Shown piece by piece: positions 57,217 to 64,000 of a stretch of 64,000 bases of DNA; the first letter of the stretch is position 1; the number at the start of each line of letters is the position of its first letter. Origin of the DNA: an uncultured Thermoleophilia bacterium (GTDB taxonomy: Bacteria > Actinomycetota > Thermoleophilia > UBA2241); NCBI GenBank assembly GCA_963715985.1, contig CAVQSP010000011.1, positions 256,001 through 320,000 of the forward strand, in the 5' to 3' direction. Under the pieces are notes generated by a model. The model ran no database searches. It had not been told where the DNA came from and saw only the letters and a program-made list of their open reading frames with translations. Position numbers and translations under genes: made by a program.

Positions 57217-57465
57217 TCAGCTCCCGTCTTCCTGCTCGGCCAGCACTTCCGCGTAGACGCGGTCCAGGCCTCGCTCCAGGATCTTGCGGCGCCACACCAC
57301 AGCTCAGCGGCAGACCTGCCCGTCGCTGTGGTTGGGGAAGCACACCTCCCGTTCGGCCGGCGTCATCGCCGCGACACGGGCCGCGAACGCGGCGCCGTCC
57401 TCCGGCGCCTCCTGCAGACCGGCCGGCCGATCGGCGCCGCCCTCACCATGTCGTGCGTCCTGCAT
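57217..57465 (-). CDS. Putative novel small selenoprotein with a CxU motif, 82 aa
   Basis: AGGAG-N9-ATG; ..EVCFPNHSDGQVCR[TGA 57304-57306]AVVWRRKILERGLDRVYAEVLAEQEDGS*; codon usage stays coding-like after the TGA. Confidence 0.62.
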
Positions 57466-57485
57466 GCGTCACGTCTCCTGATCGC

Positions 57486-57914
57486 TCACGGGAGCGGGTC
57501 CTGGTCCCACTCCGACGGTGTGTAGGCGCACCCCGGCTCGCCGCCCACGGCGAGGAGCGCGGTGCCGGGCGCTGTGGCCACCGCGCCGCGCCGGCTCTTG
57601 GGGTCGCGCACGTAGACGAAGGTCCCGGCCGGGGCGTCGAACTCCTCGCCGTCCACCTTGAAGCGGGCGCTGCCCGTCACCACGAGGTAGAGCTCCTCGT
57701 GGCGCGTGCCCGACTCGGGGTCCTCGGTGTGGTCCTCGGTGAGCACGTCACCGGCCTTGGGAGCGCGGAAGAGGTTGGTGCCGAACGAGCCGATGCCGAA
57801 GAAGCGGCGCAGCGGCTTCCACTCCGTCTCCGGGGCCCACTCGTACGGGATCGTGGGGATGTCGTCGATGCTCGCGGCCGTGTACTTCGCCGCGCCCTGC
57901 CGCTCGTCGCTCAT
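57486..57914 (-). CDS. Cupin-domain protein
   Basis: H.E....HEELYLVVTG.A.F.VDGE; GAGGAGG RBS. Confidence 0.85.
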   Translation of the reverse strand: MSDERQGAAKYTAASIDDIPTIPYEWAPETEWKPLRRFFGIGSFGTNLFRAPKAGDVLTEDHTEDPESGTRHEELYLVVTGSARFKVDGEEFDAPAGTFVYVRDPKSRRGAVATAPGTALLAVGGEPGCAYTPSEWDQDPLP

Positions 57915-57965
57915 GCCGGGCCCTCCTCAGCTCGCCTTGCTGCAGCTTACCCGCGCCTGCGGCGC

Positions 57966-58703
57966 TCAATCGGCAGCCGGCATGCACCCGCAGCCGCAGG
58001 CCTCGCAGCCCACAGGGTTCGGCGCGGTCTCGGGCGCCGGCTCCGTGTCGCCGAGCTCCCAGAAGATCTCCTCGCCCAGCACCTGCCCGGGCTCCACGAC
58101 GATGAACTCGTCGTCGTGCGGCCCGCGGATGAGCTTCTCGAGCAGCCGCAGCGAGCCGTCGAGCTGGATGACGGGCAGGCTGTAGAACTCCGAGACGGTC
58201 TCCACGTACTCGTGCGCCTTGTCGAGGTCGTAGGTGCCGGTGTCGATGACGGCCACGCGCGTGTACGACTCCATGATCATGTGCGCGACCATGCGGGCCT
58301 TCTCCTCACCCATGCGCGGGATCATCTTGAGGTACTCGCGGTACGGGTCCTCGAGCTCCTCGATCCAGCCGCGGGTGTAGTAGTACGTGCCGGGGTGCTC
58401 GCCAAACTCACGCAGGTAGGCGCGCCGGGAGCCCAGGAGGATGGCGATGCAGTCGTCGCAGGCGGGCAGGATCAACCGGTGCGAGCCCGCCACCAGCTCA
58501 GCCGTACCGTTGGAGCAGCGGCCGTAGCCGAGCAGGATGGTGCAGTCGTCCGGGGTGGCGGCGATCGCCTCGTTGATCTTCGCGCGGAGCACGTCCGGAG
58601 TGTCGTGCAGGAAGCCCTCGAGGTACTCCACCGGGATGTCCCCGCGGAGCGCCTCGACCTCGTCGCGGATGGTGCTGCAGGCGATGATCTTGTAGTCGGC
58701 CAT
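57966..58703 (-). CDS. DUF1638 family protein with Cys-rich tail
   Basis: IIAC, LHDTP, LGYGRCSNG, DDCIAILLGS, GTYYYTRGW; tail CEACGCGC; promoter CTGACA-N17-TACAAT. Confidence 0.85.
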   Translation of the reverse strand: MADYKIIACSTIRDEVEALRGDIPVEYLEGFLHDTPDVLRAKINEAIAATPDDCTILLGYGRCSNGTAELVAGSHRLILPACDDCIAILLGSRRAYLREFGEHPGTYYYTRGWIEELEDPYREYLKMIPRMGEEKARMVAHMIMESYTRVAVIDTGTYDLDKAHEYVETVSEFYSLPVIQLDGSLRLLEKLIRGPHDDEFIVVEPGQVLGEEIFWELGDTEPAPETAPNPVGCEACGCGCMPAAD

Positions 58704-58869
58704 GGGAAGTGATGCCTTTCGGTCGGGCACAGGTCACTGAGGCCCATTGTAGGCTTCCGCGCGGGGAATGTCAGGTCGTTTCCGTCCTGATTAGGCGGCG
58801 TTGCGGCTACGCCGACCGGCCGGCGGGGTCGGGCCCAGCCGGCGCATCAAGCCCCGCGCCGTACGTAGC

Positions 58870-58904
58870 GGGGGCGGGGCGCCCGTCCCGGGCGCCCCGC
58901 CCCC
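58870..58904 (-). terminator. GC-rich hairpin after the IPT/TIG gene
   Basis: GGGGGCGGGGCGCCCG-TCC-CGGGCGCCCCGCCCCC. Confidence 0.6.
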
Positions 58905-58957
58905 ACCTTCTCACAGCCGCCTCGGGCGGCCATGGTCAGCTCTTGGCGGACTTCACC

Positions 58958-60508
58958 TTACTTGGTCACCTGGAAGGAGTCGGTATCCATGGCGGACTGC
59001 GCGTTGCCGGCGGCGTCCGTCGCGAAGACCTTCACCTTGTACTTGCCCGGCGACAGCTTGCAGGTGAACGAGATGCTGTACTTCTGGTTGGAGGTCTTGG
59101 TGCCGCCGTTGACGCTCTTCTTCACGGCGCCGTTCGAGTTGTAGATCTTGATCGAGATACTGCTGCACTGCGGCGTGATGCTGTTGCAGATGTAGCTGAT
59201 CTTGCAGGTCTTGCCCTTCTTCACACTGGAGGGTGCGAAGGCCTCGGTCTGCGGACCGGTGGTGCAGATGTTGACGGTCGCCTGGGCCGTCTGGCTCTGC
59301 GCGCCGGTGTTGTCGAGCGCGTAGACCTGGACCGAGTTCACGCCGTTCGTGATGCCGCCCTGCGGGCCCGGCACGGTGATGGTGGTGCCGCTCAGCGTCG
59401 TGAAGGGCATGCTGCCGATCAGGTACATGACCTTCTGGATGCCGCTCTGGCTGTCGCTGGCATTGACCGTCAACGTGACCGGCTGGTTGTGCCACAGGTC
59501 GTCCGCGCCGCTGATGGTGACGACCGGGATCGTGGTCTCAGCGTTCACCGTGAACGGCAGCGACGCCGTTGGCGTGCCGGACGCGCCGTTACGCACCGCG
59601 AAGTTCAGGGTCCCCGCGTTGGCGATGTCGGCGGCGGTGAGTTGGCAGGTCATCTGCGTGGCGCTCACGTAGGTCGCGGCGTGCACGGCGCCATTCACGA
59701 GCACCTGCGTGTTGCCGCTCTGGAAGTTGGTGCCGCTGAGCGTCACGGACGGCGGACTGATGAGCTTGGCCCAGGTCTGCGCCGGGTTCAGCCCGATCAG
59801 TGTAGGGACCGGGGCGGTGACGACGAACGGTACCGGGTTGGAGGTCAGCGCGCCGGCCATGACCGTGAGCTGCGCGGCGCCCGGGTTGGCGATGAGCGCG
59901 GCGGGCACGATGGCCGTGCACGTTGCGGTCGGGTTGGGGAGCCCGCCGGGCGAGGTGACGAGCGCAGTCGAGTTCCAGTAGACGGTGGGAGAGGTGCCGA
60001 AGTTGGCGCCGTTCACCGTCAACGTGAAGGCCGCCCCGCCCGCGACGGCGGTCTGGGGCCGGACCGACGCGATGGTCGGACTCGTGGCAGGAGGCGTACC
60101 CGTGATGGTGAACGCGCCGGCGCGGAAGATCTCGTCGGGGACGATCTGACCGAAGCCGGTGTAGTAATCGACGACGACGTCGTAGGTACCGGCGCTCTCG
60201 AGGTAGGTGTTGATGCTACAGGCGATGTAGTCGCCGCCCAACATGGTCACGACGTAGGGATTGGAGGCGTGGACGACGTCATAGGGCCAGACCGTCTGCT
60301 GCAGCGTCACCTGGTCTATGTCCAGGATCTGCGAGAAGTTCTGGCCGAAGATCTTGAGCTGATACGTGTTGTAGTTGGTGTTCGACCCCGAGGTCGGGTC
60401 CACGCCCGTAATGTACGGGGCCGCGGCGAAGGCGCTCGCGGCATACACGAAGCTCAAGACGAGCACCACCGTAAGGACCAACATGACACCCAGACTGCGT
60501 TTCTTCAT
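58958..60508 (-). CDS. Secreted IPT/TIG and Ig-like repeat surface protein
   Basis: Signal peptide ending AFA; repeated P.I.S..P..L..G.NF units; C-terminal G.YKVKVFATDAAGN. Confidence 0.82.
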   Translation of the reverse strand: MKKRSLGVMLVLTVVLVLSFVYAASAFAAAPYITGVDPTSGSNTNYNTYQLKIFGQNFSQILDIDQVTLQQTVWPYDVVHASNPYVVTMLGGDYIACSINTYLESAGTYDVVVDYYTGFGQIVPDEIFRAGAFTITGTPPATSPTIASVRPQTAVAGGAAFTLTVNGANFGTSPTVYWNSTALVTSPGGLPNPTATCTAIVPAALIANPGAAQLTVMAGALTSNPVPFVVTAPVPTLIGLNPAQTWAKLISPPSVTLSGTNFQSGNTQVLVNGAVHAATYVSATQMTCQLTAADIANAGTLNFAVRNGASGTPTASLPFTVNAETTIPVVTISGADDLWHNQPVTLTVNASDSQSGIQKVMYLIGSMPFTTLSGTTITVPGPQGGITNGVNSVQVYALDNTGAQSQTAQATVNICTTGPQTEAFAPSSVKKGKTCKISYICNSITPQCSSISIKIYNSNGAVKKSVNGGTKTSNQKYSISFTCKLSPGKYKVKVFATDAAGNAQSAMDTDSFQVTK

Positions 60509-60807
60509 TGTCACCCTCCTCTTTGCTTACCAAGACGTCGTGCGCAGAACCGAAAAAAGTGCGTAGCTGGTGCTCCTCTCCCCCACACTACAGGCATGTT
60601 CGACCCCGACCACTTCTTACCTACTATCGGCATCCTTCTCCGGGTCTGAAGTTCTGACGCACGTCGGAGAGCCACGGACCGACTGCCGTTTCGCTGGGCT
60701 TACCCGTCTTGCGCGGCGTGTATGCAGATCTGGCAACAGGGGCGGACCGGGAACCTCGCGCTGCGCAAGGAACCGGCGAACGGCCGACTCGCAGAGCGGC
60801 CCACAAA

Positions 60808-60843
60808 GAGGACGCGGGGCGCCACACCGCGCCCCGCATCCTC
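60808..60843 (-). terminator. Hairpin terminator between the two paralogs
   Basis: Minus strand GAGGATGCGGGGCGC-N6-GCGCCCCGCGTCCTC-TTT. Confidence 0.6.
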
Positions 60844-60895
60844 AGTCTCGCAGCCGCTCGCCCGGCCCGTTGTCCTGGGTCTCGCGAGCGTCAGG

Positions 60896-62470
60896 TCACC
60901 TGGTCACCTTGAAGGAATCCCCATCCATCGAGGTCTGGTCGTTGCCCGCGGCGTCGGCGGCGTAGACCCTGTACCTGTAGTTCCCCGGCGCCAGCTTGCA
61001 CGTGAAGGACTTGTTTCCCCGGGTGTTCGAAGGCCGCTGGCCGACGTTGATCGTCTTGGCGAGCGAGCCGTTCGACTTGAAGATCTTGAGCTTGATGGTG
61101 CAGGTCGGGGTGATGCTGTCGGCGCGGTAGCCGAGCTTCAGCGTCTTGCCCTTCTTGACTCTGCTCGGCGCGAACGCCTGGGTCTCGGGACCCACCGTGC
61201 AGATGTTCACGGTCACCGTCTTGGGCGGCGACTCGACGTTGTTGCAGTCGTCCGTCGAGAACACCGAGACGACCTGGGCGCCGTCGCCGCTGCCGCCGGC
61301 CGGCGCCGGGACGGTGATGGTGGTGCCCGAAAGCGTGAGCCATGCGGGCGTCACGCCGGAAGAGCCGATGCCGTACTGCGTCATCTGCACGCCGGCGCCG
61401 CCGGGGTCACTGGCGCTGACCGTGAGGACGACCGGCGCGTTGTGCCAGGCGGTGTCGGCGCCCGAGATGGTCGTGACCGGCGCCGTGGCATCGGCGCTCA
61501 GGGTGAGCGACTGGGTCGCAGAGATGCCGCCGCCCGGCTCGGGGTTCTGCACCGCGAAGCTGATCGTGCCCGGGGTGGCGATGTCGGCCGCGGTCAGCGC
61601 CAGGCTGAGCTGGGTGGGGCCGACAAGCGTCGCCGACCGGGCCGCACCGTTCATGAGGACCTTCGACCCACTCACGAAGTTCGTGCCGGTCAGCAGGACC
61701 GTGTACGGCTGGTAGTACTTCGCCCAGCCCGTGGTCGGACTGATGCTCGTCAAGGTCGGGGCGGGAGTCACGACGTCGATGGTGATGATGTTGGACTGCC
61801 CTCCCCCGGGAGCCGGGTTGACGACCTTGATGCTCGCCGTTGTCGGCGTGGCGATCAAGGCGGCGGGCACCGCAGCTCTGAGCGAGGTCGTGGGGTTGGG
61901 CAGCATGCCGGTGGTCGTGAGAGCAGTCGAGTTCCAGTAGACGACGGCCGGGAAGAGCCCGCCGGCAGCGAAGTTCGCCCCTGCGACGATGAGGTCGAAC
62001 CCGGCTCCGCCGACGACGACCTTGGACGGGGTCAGCGAGTTGATGGTGGGCCCCATCAGGCCGGGCTGGGACACGGTGAAGACGCCGTACAGCGTGCTCT
62101 TGTCCGGAATGACCTGGCCCAGCCCCGTGTAGTACTCGATGACCACGTTGTACGTCCCGGCATGCTGACCATAGGTGTTGAGCGTGCACGTGATGGTGGG
62201 CGGAAGCAGGGAGTTGACCTGCTCAGCGCTCGCGTAGATCACGTCGAACGGCGGACCGTTCTGCTCCAGGCGCACGTTGAGGCCGCCGGTGATCTCGCTG
62301 AAGTTGGAGCCCAGGATGTACAGCGTGAAGTCCGCCGCGTTCGTGTTGAGGCGGGTGTTCGGGTTCACGCTCGTGAACGTCGGGGCCGCCAGCGCGGTGG
62401 TGGCGAGCCCGAGGCCCAGAATCACGACAAGGATCACCCCTGCCAGGAACCCCACGGTTCGTCTGTTCAT
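60896..62470 (-). CDS. Secreted IPT/TIG and Ig-like repeat surface protein, tandem paralog
   Basis: Collinear with 58958-60508 (YYTG.GQ.IPD, VYWNSTAL, TVNICT.GP.T.AFAPS, SMD.DSF.VT). Confidence 0.82.
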   Translation of the reverse strand: MNRRTVGFLAGVILVVILGLGLATTALAAPTFTSVNPNTRLNTNAADFTLYILGSNFSEITGGLNVRLEQNGPPFDVIYASAEQVNSLLPPTITCTLNTYGQHAGTYNVVIEYYTGLGQVIPDKSTLYGVFTVSQPGLMGPTINSLTPSKVVVGGAGFDLIVAGANFAAGGLFPAVVYWNSTALTTTGMLPNPTTSLRAAVPAALIATPTTASIKVVNPAPGGGQSNIITIDVVTPAPTLTSISPTTGWAKYYQPYTVLLTGTNFVSGSKVLMNGAARSATLVGPTQLSLALTAADIATPGTISFAVQNPEPGGGISATQSLTLSADATAPVTTISGADTAWHNAPVVLTVSASDPGGAGVQMTQYGIGSSGVTPAWLTLSGTTITVPAPAGGSGDGAQVVSVFSTDDCNNVESPPKTVTVNICTVGPETQAFAPSRVKKGKTLKLGYRADSITPTCTIKLKIFKSNGSLAKTINVGQRPSNTRGNKSFTCKLAPGNYRYRVYAADAAGNDQTSMDGDSFKVTR

Positions 62471-62739
62471 CGCCCTCCTCCTCCTCTTGCCGATACGGTC
62501 CTTCGCCACCCTCGTGGATCGCGCCGGACGCACGCCTCTGGCGCACGCCACACGCCCTCGTCGGACAAGAGCCCGGCAGAGCTGACGGTGTCGCGCCCGG
62601 GTCTTCGGCCCCGGCGCGGGTGGCATGGCTCCCCTTCTTCTCGGCTTTACCCTTCTGGCACGGGCTTTACGCCGATAGGACGGGGGTAATCGTGGGCAGG
62701 ACCGCGGCGGAGCGGCGATGGAGGCCCGACATCGGGTGA

Positions 62740-62780
62740 GGGGAGGGCGGGGCGGGCCTGCGGCCCGCCCCGCCCTCCCC
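62740..62780 (-). terminator. GC-rich hairpin after the VOC gene
   Basis: GGGGAGGGCGGGGCGGGCC-TGC-GGCCCGCCCCGCCCTCCCC. Confidence 0.6.
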
Positions 62781-62783
62781 GGC

Positions 62784-63158
62784 TCAGCTCTGCGGAGGCT
62801 TGTGCACGCCGAGGCGGTTGCCCTCGGAGTCGAGGAAGAAGCCGATGAAGCCCACCACCGGCCCCATGTCCGACACCGGCATCACCAGCTTCCCACCGGC
62901 GGCGACAGCCCGCTCGATCATGCCCTCGGGATCGCCGCCGCTATCGAGATAGACGGTACAGCCGGTGGCTCCAGGCTGGTTGTTCTCACTGCGGACGAGA
63001 TCTCCGCTGACGGCGCCGTCCTCTCCGGGCAGCAGCGCGACGTCGCCGCCGGCGCCGTCCATCAGAGGGACCTCCGCCTGCAGCACAGCCGCGTAGAAGG
63101 CGCGCGCCCGGTCCATGTCGGTGACCGGGATGTCCGCCCAGACGATCGTGTTCGCCAT
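62784..63158 (-). CDS. VOC/glyoxalase family protein
   Basis: WADIPVTDMDRARAFY, AGGKLV.P, F.DSEGNRLG. Confidence 0.9.
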   Translation of the reverse strand: MANTIVWADIPVTDMDRARAFYAAVLQAEVPLMDGAGGDVALLPGEDGAVSGDLVRSENNQPGATGCTVYLDSGGDPEGMIERAVAAGGKLVMPVSDMGPVVGFIGFFLDSEGNRLGVHKPPQS

Positions 63159-63267
63159 GATGTGCCTCACTCTCGGTGTGTTGCGACCATGACCACAGGG
63201 TCGCCCCCGGCGGGCGCGACCAAACCACCGGGATGAGAACCGGCGGGGTCGCGCGAGCGCGGCGCGC

Positions 63268-64000
63268 TCAGTGCCGACGCCGTTCGCGCACGAAGGCGAG
63301 CAACACCAGAGAGACGGCGGCGGAGGCGGCCATCGTCCACCACGCAGAGGAGTAGCTCCCCGTGCGGTCGACGATGAGGCCGAACAACGGCGGCCCGAAG
63401 AAGATGCCCACGTTGAAGAACGCGGCGGAGACGCCGGCGGCGGCGCCCGCGGCGCTCGCGCCGCCGGTCTCCCCGGCCAGCGTGCCCATCAGGCCGCCCC
63501 ACCCCACGGCGCCGAAGCCGAGCACGAACAGCACCACCCACAGCAGCCAGGTGTGACCGGGGTCGATAAGCGCCAGGGCCACGCACGAGATGCCGGCGAG
63601 GGTGCCCATGCCGAGGAGCGCCGGCACGCGCCGGCGCTGCAGCAGGCGGTCGCTCACGAGGCCGCTGAGCGGCTTGCCGAGCGCCCCGGCGAACTGGCAG
63701 AAGGCGAGCAGGCCGGCGGCCGCGGCCACGGAGTAGCCCCAGGCCGAGTGCAGGAACAGCACGAGATGCGCGAGCGCGGCGAACTCCACCATGCCGAGGA
63801 ACAGCGCCGCGAGCCCCATGAGCAGGATGTCGCGCGACCTGATCACGGCGAGAAAGCCCGGCGTGAGCGCGGCGCGATCGGTGCGTTCGTCCCCGGTCAC
63901 GGACGGCAACCCCTGGTCGATCTCCACGACGGCGAAGGGCGCGTGAGGCTCGGAGGCGGGGCCGGCCGGCTGCCGGTCCGGTAGACCGTCCGCCGCGGCG
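63268..64000 (-). CDS. MFS transporter, C-terminal half (start lies outside the window)
   Basis: Six TM segments, GLVSDRL..RR, GPPLFGLIVD.TGSY; frame open to the window edge. Confidence 0.85.
   Translation of the reverse strand, partial: AAADGLPDRQPAGPASEPHAPFAVVEIDQGLPSVTGDERTDRAALTPGFLAVIRSRDILLMGLAALFLGMVEFAALAHLVLFLHSAWGYSVAAAAGLLAFCQFAGALGKPLSGLVSDRLLQRRRVPALLGMGTLAGISCVALALIDPGHTWLLWVVLFVLGFGAVGWGGLMGTLAGETGGASAAGAAAGVSAAFFNVGIFFGPPLFGLIVDRTGSYSSAWWTMAASAAVSLVLLAFVRERRRH

Noticed and set aside
57930-57968. UGA readthrough at the DUF1638 stop
   Set aside because: The TGA is not in a Cys-motif position, and the 12-codon extension does not look coding.
60520-60800. c-di-GMP or other known riboswitch upstream of the IPT/TIG gene
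   Set aside because: I could not find the conserved motifs by eye.
62635-62680. Sigma28 promoter for the second IPT/TIG gene
   Set aside because: TAAA and GCCGAGAA are 20 nt apart rather than about 15.

Overview
A very GC-rich bacterial window, probably from an anaerobic actinobacterium (Thermoleophilia-like; inferred from leaderless TGnTAnnnT promoters, an actinobacterial-type Rex box and gene content). Contents in order: (1) the 3' part of a flavoprotein/Fe-S/PorB fusion; (2) a Liv-type ABC operon ending in a degenerate PaaK; (3) an FNR, an MFS transporter and an SDR; (4) a ~14 kb copper/metal-envelope region (cupredoxin-like proteins, DUF4418, DUF2318 with an FtsX-type ABC system, TlpA, SHOCT, a multicopper oxidase, a Met/His-rich protein, an OmpR-type two-component system); (5) a P-type ATPase, a PIN toxin-antitoxin pair, endonuclease III and an oxoprolinase; (6) a LacI regulon; (7) an hdrA(L)-mvhD-metV-metF-hdrC-hdrB operon followed by a corrinoid protein and a pyrrolysine-free MtmB homologue; (8) a convergent DUF1638-cupin operon; (9) two paralogous IPT/TIG surface proteins. 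The main findings are two probable UGA-recoded selenoproteins that the ORF track misses or splits. One is an 82-aa CxU protein of no family I recognise (57217-57465), at the end of the DUF1638 operon beside the methyltransferase/MTHFR-Hdr module. The other is a thioredoxin-like Sec domain fused in frame to a SAM methyltransferase (21358-22320). Six clear frameshifts in four genes, plus one possible, look like assembly artefacts. All family calls come from motif recognition by eye, not from database searches.
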